Shown: piece by piece, positions 38,417 through 48,246 of the stretch
How the letters are laid out: each line of letters begins with the position of its first letter
Numbering within the stretch: position 1 is the first letter of the stretch
Notes under the pieces: model-generated
What the model was told of the DNA's origin: nothing
Databases searched by the model: none
The model's input: only the letters and a program-made list of their open reading frames with translations
Position numbers and translations under genes: made by a program
Source: Candidatus Heimdallarchaeota archaeon
GTDB lineage: Archaea; Asgardarchaeota; Heimdallarchaeia; Hodarchaeales; Hodarchaeaceae
Assembly: GCA_048881705.1 (NCBI GenBank)
Contig: JBHLSH010000005.1
Location: forward strand, 1 to 64,000
Reading direction: 5' to 3'
Length of the DNA stretch: 64,000 bases

Positions 38417-40318
38417 ATGAGTACTGAAAATAAAGCTACAGCAGAAACTTTTAAATTCCAGGCGGAGATCCAAAAGGTACTAGACATACTAATCAACCGA
38501 TTATACAAGAATAGAGAAATTTTTCTTCGTGAATTAATCTCTAACGCAGCTGATGCGTTACATAGGTTCCGCATCAAACGCTTCGAGGGATCAGAAAAGA
38601 TTCTGGATTCCGATGAAGAATTAGCGATCCATATACTGTTCGATGAAGATGAAAAGACCATTAGTGTTATTGATAATGGCCTGGGGATGGACTATGAAGA
38701 AATTATTGAAAACTTAGGGACCATTGCACAGAGTGGAACCTTGGAATTCTTCAACCAGCTAGAAAAATCGACTGATGCTATAAATCTGATTGGTCAATTT
38801 GGAGTTGGGTTTTACAGTTCGTTCATTGTCTCTAATGAGGTAGTGGTTAGGTCTCGCTCATATAAAGAAGATGCCCAAGGATTAGAATGGAAATCTGAAG
38901 GAACGGGGGAATTCACTGTTTCTCCATATGAAAAATCTAATCGTGGAACAGAAGTCATTCTTCATCTCAAAGAAGACGCAAACGAATTTCTGAATAAATT
39001 TAAATTGGAAGGAATCATCAAGAAATACAGCGACTTCGTTGGTTTCCCAATTAGGGTCGGTGACGATGAGAAAATCATTAATCGGCAAACGCCAATATGG
39101 CACCAGGCCGCTGATTCTCTAGAAGACAAGGATTACAATGAATTTTATCAACAAATCTCTATGGACTTCTCGGAACCCTTGCATCGTATACATTTTAGTG
39201 TTGATGCTCCTATTCAGTTTAGAGCCCTATTGTTTCTTCCGAGTCAGAAAAATCGAATGATGATGACCAATCTGTATTCGGATTATGGTTTGCGTTTATA
39301 TAGCAAGAAAATACTGGTTCAAGAAAAGGCCAAAGATCTACTACCGGAATATTTACGATTCGTAGTTGGGGTGGTTGACTCAGAAGATTTGCCACTTAAT
39401 GTCTCCAGGGAAGTAATCCAGGTAGATCGTTCTATAAGGAGAATTTCGAAAGCTTTAACTTCTAAAGTGCTTGATGAGTTAGAAAAGGTTGCAGATGATG
39501 ATGAAAACAAGTATTTAGAATGGTGGGAACAATTTGGGGTCTTCATAAAGGAAGGACTAACCTCTGATCAGAAAAGAAAGCAAAAACTGCTCAAGCATCT
39601 AAGAATCTATACATCCAAATCTACCGATAAGCAGATAACATTGGATCAATATCTAGAAAACATGCCTGAGGAACAAGAAGAAATTTTTTATCTCCTTGGC
39701 GAGAACTTAGATACCCTTAAGAGAAGCCCACACTTAGAACACTATAATAAACTTGATCTAGAAGTTATTCTATTTAACGAGCCAGTTGACACCTTTGTTA
39801 TGACTCATATAACTGAATATAGGGATAAAAAGTTCAAACTAGTAGATCAAGCGGAACCTGAGCCTGACTCTGAAGAGGAAAAGGAGGAGGAAGGCGAAAC
39901 AAAAAAGAAAGAACCCGAAAAAGATAAGTTTCTATCGAAAATGCTCGAGATACTTGGAGACAGAGTTATTGATGTGCGATACACAGATCTCCTAAGCGAA
40001 AGCCCATGCCGGCTTGTAAGTCCAAGTGGAACTGGAACATTCACGCGAATGCTCAAATACATGGACGAGAACTATGTTCCCCAGAAGAAAATCCTTGAAA
40101 TTAACCGAGATCATCCTTTAATAAAAGGACTCGATCCAAAATCCCCTAGGTTTCCGCTGCAGACGTTTATGTTGCTGGAAGGCCAAGAACTGTTGGAGGG
40201 AACATTACAAAATCCCACGGACATGGTCTCACGAATTCACGAGCTAATGATGACGAATGTAAGGTCACAGGTACAGCAGAAAGGCAAGGGAGGAAAAAAG
40301 AAGTCAAAAAAGAAATAA
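38417..40318 (+). CDS. htpG: Molecular chaperone HtpG (Hsp90); ATG 38417 follows a GGAGAGG SD
   Basis: FLRELISNAADA, DNGLGM, LGTIAQSGT, IGQFGVGFYS, DSEDLPLNVSRE, LEINRDHPLI. Confidence 0.96.
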   Translation: MSTENKATAETFKFQAEIQKVLDILINRLYKNREIFLRELISNAADALHRFRIKRFEGSEKILDSDEELAIHILFDEDEKTISVIDNGLGMDYEEIIENLGTIAQSGTLEFFNQLEKSTDAINLIGQFGVGFYSSFIVSNEVVVRSRSYKEDAQGLEWKSEGTGEFTVSPYEKSNRGTEVILHLKEDANEFLNKFKLEGIIKKYSDFVGFPIRVGDDEKIINRQTPIWHQAADSLEDKDYNEFYQQISMDFSEPLHRIHFSVDAPIQFRALLFLPSQKNRMMMTNLYSDYGLRLYSKKILVQEKAKDLLPEYLRFVVGVVDSEDLPLNVSREVIQVDRSIRRISKALTSKVLDELEKVADDDENKYLEWWEQFGVFIKEGLTSDQKRKQKLLKHLRIYTSKSTDKQITLDQYLENMPEEQEEIFYLLGENLDTLKRSPHLEHYNKLDLEVILFNEPVDTFVMTHITEYRDKKFKLVDQAEPEPDSEEEKEEEGETKKKEPEKDKFLSKMLEILGDRVIDVRYTDLLSESPCRLVSPSGTGTFTRMLKYMDENYVPQKKILEINRDHPLIKGLDPKSPRFPLQTFMLLEGQELLEGTLQNPTDMVSRIHELMMTNVRSQVQQKGKGGKKKSKKK

Positions 40319-40498
40319 AATGGCAATTTTATCACGCCTTCCAGAGAATATAGTTCACCCTAGTTTTCAGGTTCAATCCCAATAAAAAAACTTCAACCGT
40401 GTACACGGAATACAACCTTCTTAATAGTGCGCCAAAATAAGTAAAAACAAGAAAAGAAACTATAATTTCCATTGTAATACGCCTAATTGGCCTAAGGA

Positions 40499-41767
40499 AT
40501 GGCTCATATGAGTGCAGAGAACTACGATGCCTTACTTATTGTGATTTTCGAGATTGGAGCAGTTATAGTTTTCTCATTATTGACTGCGAACATTTTGGGG
40601 AAACGGGGAATTCCTCAAGTTTTAGGTTTGATTATCGGGGGTTTAGCGCTCCAATTCATAGCGGTAACGGGATTTCCTTCGCCTCCGACCCCAGAAATTC
40701 ATTTCATTATTACTACCTTTGCCCTCGGATTGATCGGGTATCAGATCGGGGCGAACTTAGATCTTTACAAACTGCGAGAGGCTTCTTGGGGTTTACCATT
40801 AATCCTTTTGGGAGAAGCAATTGGAAGTTTGATCGCTGTTACGGTCGTTATGGTAATTATATTTCAAGATATCATGTTGGCTATACTATTGGGGACAATA
40901 TCTATGGCTACCGCGCCCGCTTCGACTTCCGAGGTAATTCGTGAATACAAAGCCCACGGATCTCTCAGTCAAACTGTTCTTTTCGTTGTGGCCTTTGATA
41001 ACATCATTGCAATCATTTTTTTTAGCTTTGCTTTCGTATCAGCTGAAGCTTTCTATTCCTCATCTGCATTATCTTTAGCTGATGCTCTATTGCCTGTTGC
41101 CTGGGAAATCGGGGGAGCTGTAATTTTGGGTATTTTAATCGCACTAATGATGCGTCCCATTCACATTGAAGGAGTTGAGGTATATCGGAGCGCAGAATAT
41201 GTCTTCCCTGCAATCTTGATATGTATTGCGCTTGCGGGATTATTAGATTTTTCTGTAATGCTCAGTTGTATAGTTCTGGGACTGGTATTAAGTAATATGG
41301 CTCATTGTGAAAACATGGACTGCGTTCGATCCGTGGAACGGCTTAGTCAGCCTTTGGTTGCTCTTTTTTTCATTCTGGTGGGCTTTGAAATGGATTTGAC
41401 TTTACTGGTAACGCCTACCCTGATCGGAATTCTTTTATACTTCCTTTCGCGTGCTGCAGGGAAATCATTGGGTGCTTATGCTAGCGCGAGGATTTCTAAC
41501 CAACCTAGAAAAGTAACAACAAATTTACCTTTTACCTTATATACGCAGGCCGGAGTAGCTCTTGGATTGGTTGCATTTGCATATTCCAGGCTATCTGATA
41601 TTGGAACATTACATACAACTAGGATCGCGCATCTTTTACTGGATATTATTGTTGTTAGTGTGTTGCTGGCTGAGTTGGTGGGTCCTCTACTCATTAAGAA
41701 AGCTCTGTTCAGATCTGGAGAGGCCAAAAGCCCGATCAACGCTGCTAAAAGTTCTATATCAACCTAG
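40499..41767 (+). CDS. Cation:proton antiporter (CPA2/Kef-like)
   Basis: About 12 TM helices; ATAPAST, AFDN, QAGVALGL. Confidence 0.9.
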   Translation: MAHMSAENYDALLIVIFEIGAVIVFSLLTANILGKRGIPQVLGLIIGGLALQFIAVTGFPSPPTPEIHFIITTFALGLIGYQIGANLDLYKLREASWGLPLILLGEAIGSLIAVTVVMVIIFQDIMLAILLGTISMATAPASTSEVIREYKAHGSLSQTVLFVVAFDNIIAIIFFSFAFVSAEAFYSSSALSLADALLPVAWEIGGAVILGILIALMMRPIHIEGVEVYRSAEYVFPAILICIALAGLLDFSVMLSCIVLGLVLSNMAHCENMDCVRSVERLSQPLVALFFILVGFEMDLTLLVTPTLIGILLYFLSRAAGKSLGAYASARISNQPRKVTTNLPFTLYTQAGVALGLVAFAYSRLSDIGTLHTTRIAHLLLDIIVVSVLLAELVGPLLIKKALFRSGEAKSPINAAKSSIST

Positions 41768-42522
41768 AAGATTCTTTCGAACTTGATCGAAAAACCGATC
41801 TTTCTTAGTGATTTCAGAAAAATGGCAGCCTCATCTATCTCGGTTGTCTTGTAACTTGAAACAACCGCAGGAATCAAGCCTGCGCCTGCGGATTTTATTA
41901 ATTTAGCCGGTGTTGATTTTGTTTTATCTAATCTCTCTTCGATAATCTGTTTTCTTACTAAACTAGTTCTATCAATAAAACTCAAGATCAAGACTCCGTA
42001 TCTCTGTGATTTTTCCTTCTTGGTATCATCATCGGGCCTGGGATTCTCTTTTTCACTTCCAGAGAAGACTCCTTTAAGAGTTTCCTGTATTTTATTTCCC
42101 GTTTTTAGTGCCATATCTGATAATTGGTCGATTCCGCGAATTAATCCATCAACTATCCCCTGTGGTTGCCCCTTAGTATCAAAAAATAAGGTTTGATATA
42201 CGATTTCGTAAAATCTAGGCTCATAGATCATGTTGTATCTGGGTGGATAACCAACTTGGTCTTTTATCAGCCGATAAGCAAACGAACCACCGGGAATAAA
42301 TGAAAGAAGAGCTGAAAATGTTGATTCTAGGGCCACAATTTTGGCTACTTCTACAAGGCCTTCTATATTTTGTTTGTTAATCCAAAAACAACGGCCCTTC
42401 TTATCTACCAGTCCTCCAACTAGATAACCTTGGAAAACTTCCAGAACGGTACAATCTTTGAAACCTAGCCTTTGACGGGCAAAATCACATATCTTAAGCT
42501 CATCTTGCTCATTGAAGCCCAT
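41764..42522 (-). CDS. Hypothetical protein; C-terminus weakly resembles the L7/L12 C-terminal fold
   Basis: Long ATG ORF; only pattern-level similarity. Confidence 0.6.
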   Translation of the reverse strand: MGFNEQDELKICDFARQRLGFKDCTVLEVFQGYLVGGLVDKKGRCFWINKQNIEGLVEVAKIVALESTFSALLSFIPGGSFAYRLIKDQVGYPPRYNMIYEPRFYEIVYQTLFFDTKGQPQGIVDGLIRGIDQLSDMALKTGNKIQETLKGVFSGSEKENPRPDDDTKKEKSQRYGVLILSFIDRTSLVRKQIIEERLDKTKSTPAKLIKSAGAGLIPAVVSSYKTTEIDEAAIFLKSLRKIGFSIKFERIF

Positions 42523-42614
42523 TTAAAACCCGTGGAACCATCAATAAGTTCCCCCATTAAAAGTGTTCATGGCGATTAAGAGTACTTCTCCAATTTCCTA
42601 TGATGGAAGCTAGA

Positions 42615-43010
42615 TTAGCGCATCTTTAGAGCCTCTATTTGACCTGAAAGGCAGTTTTTTGCTGTTAGCTTAGCAAAACCTTAATTTTTGGTTCCTTGGC
42701 CAGCTATGCTAACTGCAGCATTCTGAGCAGGCGCCTATATAACAACAGAGTCCTCTGCTCCGCATATCATTATTTCCTCCATGTTTCCCCTGGCATATGT
42801 CTGTAGAATACGATTTGAAAGGCCTAAAGAAGACGCTTCCATAATAGAAATTACATTTTCGCGTTCCACAAAAGCAGAAGCTAATGGAAGGCCGTCTGGT
42901 GATAGAACTGTAATGGATTCGATTCCCGATATTTTTCCTAACTACCCCTCTAGTAATGTAGTGAGTTCCTGTAATGAAACACGACGTTTTTGATGGATGA
43001 TTGCGACCAT
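42615..43010 (-). pseudogene. Roadblock/LC7 (MglB-like) pseudogene, missing from the ORF track
   Basis: One frame from ATG 43010 reads MVAIIHQKRRVSLQELTTLLEG*LGKISGIESITVLSPDGLPLASAFVERENVISIMEASSLGLSNRILQTYARGNMEEIMICGAEDSVVI*APAQNAAVSIAGQGTKN*GFAKLTAK; stops at 42942-44 (TAG), 42735-37 (TAG) and 42681-83 (TAA). Confidence 0.8.
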
Positions 43011-43287
43011 AGGATTCTGGAGGGATAGAGTGGTGCTTCAAAAAAAACCCATCTCTAGCAAGTATCCGTTAAAAGCTCGTGACGTGTTTTATTGGTCATG
43101 CGACAAGCTAAGCACCTGTGTAGTGCGATAGCATCTCACGTTCGTATATTGAGCCCGTTAGGAGCCGCCCACTCCTTCAACCAATTAAGAAAACTATTTA
43201 ACCCTTGTAAGAGAGTTCGATCCTCAGTGTTACGAGAAAGCCCGTAATCTGTGACAATTTCTTCCTTATTCAACACTTTCTAAAATA

Positions 43288-44886
43288 ATGTCTAAGACCG
43301 TATGGACAATGACAGTAGACAGCCAAGATGACGCAATTCAAATCCTTTATTTCAAGGGTGAGCACTGTGCCCCGTGTAAACCCGTGGAGAAGCATTTGAA
43401 ACGGATAGTTGAAACTAGTCAAGGAAAAGCCCTTATGACGACCATTGACACGGATAAACATGCTGAAATTGCTTCTCGATACGGTGTCAAACAGGTTCCT
43501 CACGTCTTGTTCAATGAGGAGATAGTGTTAACTGCGGGACAAGCTAGTGGAATGGTGGGTTTCGGTGAATTTGACCAGTATGATTTATTCAACTACCTAT
43601 TTAACAAGCTGATTGAGGCCGGGGTTAAAGCGAGCGAAGCAGAACGTGATCGCTGGCGAAAGTTATCGATTATAACAGTATCTGAAAGGTTGATAGATGT
43701 AGAAGGAAGTGGTATTGTAACAAGACCCTCAGTAGGAGATTACGTTCATATCGGGCATCTTCAATCAATCGTAACGTCTTTACTAGCTATTAATCCTTCA
43801 GCCAAAACATACCTATTTCGTGCGGGAGAGATGGCTGGAAAATTCGGTGCAGCGCAATCTTGGCTAGGACGCTACAACCCGAACATTATGTCGACCAATC
43901 GGATGGGTGACCGATTCAAGGAGGTGTTGAAGGGCTTTCGAGTTCTTTATGGTAAGAATCCCATGGAATCAAAGGTAGCCTCGGAGTTGAACTACACCCA
44001 AACCTCTCCATATCACGCTACGCTTGAGATGATGGGTTCTGCTCATGCAGTTCGGAACTCCGAAATTGGGCAAGATGTATGTGGGTTCTTGGCTGGAGAG
44101 ATTTCAGGATTGCTAGAAGTCACCTTGGGGGAAAAAGCGGCGGTGGTTGAGACTAAATGTTGGGGCCTTGGGCACGATCATTGTGAATTCGATATACGGC
44201 TGAATGAAAGCTCAGATCACTATTTAGTCCCCTTCTCCAATGCTAAGGAATTTTTTGGAACTGATGATCGTCTTCGTTTTGAGCTTTCCCTAGCTGAAAT
44301 CTCGAGAAATATGTTTGACTCGATCTTACGCCGACCTTACGGACTTTTACGACCAGATATTGGGGACTACATCCATATTTCTTCTCTCCAACACATTCTA
44401 ACCTCATTGAAGTTTTCGGATCCATTCAATTCTACGCTTCTCTCGTATGCGGGATTACATTATGGACAGATTCTCGAGGACGTAGGCATTATTTCCAGGA
44501 TTATGACGCGTCGCAATCTCAAATACTCTTTTCCTATGGAATTTGATCAGGCATGTGAGGTTCTTGGATATTACTTCAGCACACCTGGAATGATTTATGC
44601 ACGTATCCACGCAGATATGACCGTTGAGATGGAGGATGATGAAACAGCCATCTTTAAGATGTGGGAAAGCGCCGCCACTTCTGGTATTGATCTTTCGACG
44701 GTTGATTTATCCGCGCTATTTCCTGGAACGGAAAAACCCGCTACCATAAACACATTGGATGATTTCATTGCGGGGTTTATTAACGGTCGATTGGACTTAT
44801 TGGTTGAGGAAGATGTGATTGTTCATGAAGCACGGTGTCAGGCTAGCGGTCACCCTTATTGCGAATTCGTAGCGGAGCTAGATTGA
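43288..44886 (+). CDS. Thioredoxin-like domain fused to two V4R domains
   Basis: HCAPC and VPHV (Trx); two repeats starting RPxxGDYxHI and ending C-x(7)-CEF. Confidence 0.85.
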   Translation: MSKTVWTMTVDSQDDAIQILYFKGEHCAPCKPVEKHLKRIVETSQGKALMTTIDTDKHAEIASRYGVKQVPHVLFNEEIVLTAGQASGMVGFGEFDQYDLFNYLFNKLIEAGVKASEAERDRWRKLSIITVSERLIDVEGSGIVTRPSVGDYVHIGHLQSIVTSLLAINPSAKTYLFRAGEMAGKFGAAQSWLGRYNPNIMSTNRMGDRFKEVLKGFRVLYGKNPMESKVASELNYTQTSPYHATLEMMGSAHAVRNSEIGQDVCGFLAGEISGLLEVTLGEKAAVVETKCWGLGHDHCEFDIRLNESSDHYLVPFSNAKEFFGTDDRLRFELSLAEISRNMFDSILRRPYGLLRPDIGDYIHISSLQHILTSLKFSDPFNSTLLSYAGLHYGQILEDVGIISRIMTRRNLKYSFPMEFDQACEVLGYYFSTPGMIYARIHADMTVEMEDDETAIFKMWESAATSGIDLSTVDLSALFPGTEKPATINTLDDFIAGFINGRLDLLVEEDVIVHEARCQASGHPYCEFVAELD

Positions 44887-46140
44887 TGATACTCCTGATG
44901 GCAGAATTTCCTTGGTTTGAGGATCATCAATGAGGGCCCGTATCGAGGAAATCGCGAGTATTCCCAGCCCTAGTATGCATACCAATGCGGAAATCGCAAA
45001 AAACGGATTTTCTGTTATTTTTGAATATGTTTCGATAGACCAAAGAAGTGACCACCAAACTTCTCCAATGTAAACCATACCAAGACCGCCGATTAGGCCT
45101 AAAAGTGTATAATCAGACCATAATGCAATATCAGTCTCACTGTCCTTTTTGATTCTTAAGACAAGCATAATGCTATAGAATGCAAAGAAAAACGGAACAT
45201 AGTGCGGATAAAGGATTCGATTAAACATCAAGAATATAGTCATCAAGGGAACAATTGCCTCCAAAACCCATCGTTGGGAAATCAAAGGGGATCGAAAGAC
45301 AAGATACATGAGACAAATTGCAAGCAATGTTAGCTGAATTAAAAATGGAAGTAGCGTGGTCGAAATTTCTGTGAAAAAGTATGTATATAACGACATGCTG
45401 GGATCTGGTCGGGTCGCGTGAATCAGAAAGGCATCCTCAATGTATTGCTCGGGAGTAAGAATTAGGAATGGAACGGAGACCATAAGAAATAATGCCCCTG
45501 CAATTGCCCAAGTCCACAGAACCTGCCATTTCCGTGTTCGAATCCCCCAAATCAAGAGAGGAATCATATATATACCTGCTGTTGGTTTGGTTAGCAGCGC
45601 ACAAGCGAATCCCACGCCGCCTAGTATGTAATTGTCATTCAAAATAGCAATAAACGCCATTAAAACAAAAATGAGCATAAATCCTTCATGATAACCTCCG
45701 AAAACAACTCCTAGTGTTGCTGGGTTCAGCAAAAACCAATTCATAGCTAGAAGGGAAATGGTTCGACTTTGGGGGATATTTTCGGTAATTTTAGAGACAA
45801 GTAGATAAAGTAAAATTCCGTTAATTAGATTACAAATAATTAAAAATATTTTGACTCCTTGCCAAGTAACGTTTTCGATCCCCACTATACCAATCAATGC
45901 TGCCAAGGTGTATAAATAGAGTGGGGGATATTGTGGCCTTGGAAGTATCTTCCCTTCCGATACAATAGCTCCTATGTCACGGTAAAGGAGTTTTCCTCGC
46001 GAAATTTCTTTTGCGGCTTCAAATTGAAGAACAAAATCCACTGGATTAAAGTATAAGAGCCCAACCACCAAATGTATAAGTAAATTTACAAAAAGGGAGG
46101 CCAGCATTCTATGAAAATGATTCGTATTGCTCACAGACAT
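44878..46140 (-). CDS. GT-C fold polytopic membrane glycosyltransferase (GT87/DUF2029-like)
   Basis: DFV and QYPPL in the first loop, LLNP, GYHE, TKP; many TM helices. Confidence 0.7.
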   Translation of the reverse strand: MSVSNTNHFHRMLASLFVNLLIHLVVGLLYFNPVDFVLQFEAAKEISRGKLLYRDIGAIVSEGKILPRPQYPPLYLYTLAALIGIVGIENVTWQGVKIFLIICNLINGILLYLLVSKITENIPQSRTISLLAMNWFLLNPATLGVVFGGYHEGFMLIFVLMAFIAILNDNYILGGVGFACALLTKPTAGIYMIPLLIWGIRTRKWQVLWTWAIAGALFLMVSVPFLILTPEQYIEDAFLIHATRPDPSMSLYTYFFTEISTTLLPFLIQLTLLAICLMYLVFRSPLISQRWVLEAIVPLMTIFLMFNRILYPHYVPFFFAFYSIMLVLRIKKDSETDIALWSDYTLLGLIGGLGMVYIGEVWWSLLWSIETYSKITENPFFAISALVCILGLGILAISSIRALIDDPQTKEILPSGVSSI

Positions 46141-46540
46141 ATAATTCCCTTTTCATCTGAATATTTGTTCTTAGCGAATATTAGAAGATCAAGATATTTT
46201 GGAAATAAATCATATCATGCCCTGAATAATTCTATCAGTAAGGGCTCTGTCCATCACATTTATCCTTTAATCCACCAGTTGGTATTGAGTTTATACGTGC
46301 GGCGCGAATAGTTCAGATGTAAAGTGCGGACCTACTTTCTTTTCTCGTTTAATCTAATTACTTGGAAAAAAGGAGCAATTCTCGGAAATAACCAAATTAA
46401 AAGGAATTTTCTGGCTACGTGTATTTGGGTTCAAATGGTAGCATGTGAATCTGTCTACTAGCATTGAAACTAGTAAACGATCTCTTCATGGTGCCAAGGT
46501 CGGCAAATATTCGAAACAGAAGAGATTGGTAAATTCTTGG

Positions 46541-47920
46541 CTACGCGACTTCGCCGTACAGACGTTTAATTTTGCTTCGCCAAGATAAGAACCCATCGGG
46601 ACTTCTTGGATAATCTTCATAGAGATCCCTTGCGTTATTCATTCTGTTAAGGATTCCACGAAATTTGAGAAGTGTCCCCAGCATGCTTCTGCCACGCCAT
46701 ACTCGTGCAAGGTTCTTTGTGAAACTACCAGCAGATAGCTGTCCCGTGGAATTACCGTATAGGAGATCGTCCTCCCCTAGTATCCGTTTATGAAAAACCT
46801 TATTTATGAGTTCACTGGGCATCGGAACAATAAAATCCTTCATAATTGCCAAAGGAGCGGTTACAGGCCCAATGGTTGTCATAAATTCAACACTGTAATC
46901 CCAAAGTCCAGCTTGTGAGACATCTCCGTTTTCTAATGCCTTAGTAATAGTTTTTGTAGCCATTGCCGCAGCATTGACGCTTATTCCTATTCCCCCACCA
47001 TCTGTGGGCTTAACCTGAGTCCCCGCATCACCTATCAACATAAAACCATTCCAAACTAAATTATCCTGTGGTCGTCTCAAAGGAACTGGCCAACCACCAC
47101 CATGTATGATCTCGGATTCTTTGTAAAATCCCTTCACAGATTCCATGAATACTTGAAATTGCTTTTGTGGACTCAAATTGTTGATCTTCATCACTCCTAA
47201 TCCGACATTCATACTCCTTGGCCCTCGTGGAAACTCCCAAATATACCCTCCGGGACAAATTTCTTGATCAAACATCAGGCGGATGAATTCGGGAGATTCA
47301 ATTTCGGTTTCCGTGTCCCGAAGTTCCCGATAGCATTTACAAATATCTTTTGGATCCAAAAACCGATCCATATAGGTTTTTTCGGGATCTAGATTCCTTC
47401 TGAGGAAGGCATTTATTCCTGTGGCGTCTATTGTAACTTTTGCAAAGTCTTCCTTAAGCGAATTATCTTTTGATCGATATCGGATCCCCACTACCCTATC
47501 CTTTTCCACAATGGGTTCCTTGACCCTCGTGTCATCAATGAGCTCGGCCCCATAGTCCATGGCGGTATCTAATGTACGCATGCCCATTTTAAAGCGATCA
47601 AGGATGACGCCAGTGCTATTTTTTTCGACGAGTTCAAGTTTTACTTCTCTGTCGGGGGAATATAGCCATGCGCCTTTAACTCGTTGAAGGATTTCATCTC
47701 CTTTCGGAGGAGAAACCCCTATTATCGATTCAATCTTTTTAAAATGATCAAGGCTTGAGGCATCACCACAAATTTTAACGCCAATATCATCTTTACGTAA
47801 TCGATCATAAAGGGCGACCTTTAATCCATGATGCGCCAGTCCTGCCGCCGCTACAGAACCCGCAGTGCCGGCACCAGCAACGATAACGTCGTAATTGGTC
47901 ATTTTCCTCACGTTAACCAT
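46541..47920 (-). CDS. Geranylgeranyl reductase family flavoprotein (archaeal lipid DGGR-like)
   Basis: VAGAGTAGS, KICGDA, GGYIWEFP, LIGDAG, DGGGI. Confidence 0.9.
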   Translation of the reverse strand: MVNVRKMTNYDVIVAGAGTAGSVAAAGLAHHGLKVALYDRLRKDDIGVKICGDASSLDHFKKIESIIGVSPPKGDEILQRVKGAWLYSPDREVKLELVEKNSTGVILDRFKMGMRTLDTAMDYGAELIDDTRVKEPIVEKDRVVGIRYRSKDNSLKEDFAKVTIDATGINAFLRRNLDPEKTYMDRFLDPKDICKCYRELRDTETEIESPEFIRLMFDQEICPGGYIWEFPRGPRSMNVGLGVMKINNLSPQKQFQVFMESVKGFYKESEIIHGGGWPVPLRRPQDNLVWNGFMLIGDAGTQVKPTDGGGIGISVNAAAMATKTITKALENGDVSQAGLWDYSVEFMTTIGPVTAPLAIMKDFIVPMPSELINKVFHKRILGEDDLLYGNSTGQLSAGSFTKNLARVWRGRSMLGTLLKFRGILNRMNNARDLYEDYPRSPDGFLSWRSKIKRLYGEVA

Positions 47921-48246
47921 GATGAATGAGATCTTATCAATTGCGCTGCATGAATTTAGTATAACCAGAAACCTCGATTATAAAACCTAGATAATGAACT
48001 GAAATTCCCAGTCTGGTGCAAACATCATCCAAACTCTTTGGTAAAACCTTCTAAAGTTAAACATGGATGTTCCGGGATCTCTCGAAAAAAACCGCTTTAG
48101 CATTGCTTTAAGAACCTGATCCATTAGTTCGCCTGTTTAAAGTTGCATTCTCTTTGATGCGAGAAACGGAAAACAACGTAAATAATTTGATTACGACGTT
48201 TACACTTTCCAGTTCTATTTACAGTAGTGACAAGAAGAGATAATCC

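Noticed and set aside
38269-38661. 130-aa antisense ORF over the htpG 5' end, and similar short ORFs overlapping ptsI, aor, suf, mod/res, M16 and mrp
   Set aside because: Shadow ORFs opposite or out of frame to well-supported genes, with no recognisable motifs.
42615-43010. Amber read-through (pyrrolysine or stop recoding) explaining the TAG codons in the roadblock frame
   Set aside because: The frame also contains an in-frame TAA, many intact genes in the window end in TAG at their expected C-termini, and no pyl genes are visible. Pseudogenisation is simpler.
43211-43225. GAGAGTTCGATCCTC, resembling a tRNA T-arm
   Set aside because: Only 3 of 5 stem pairs form, and no acceptor, D or anticodon arms can be built.
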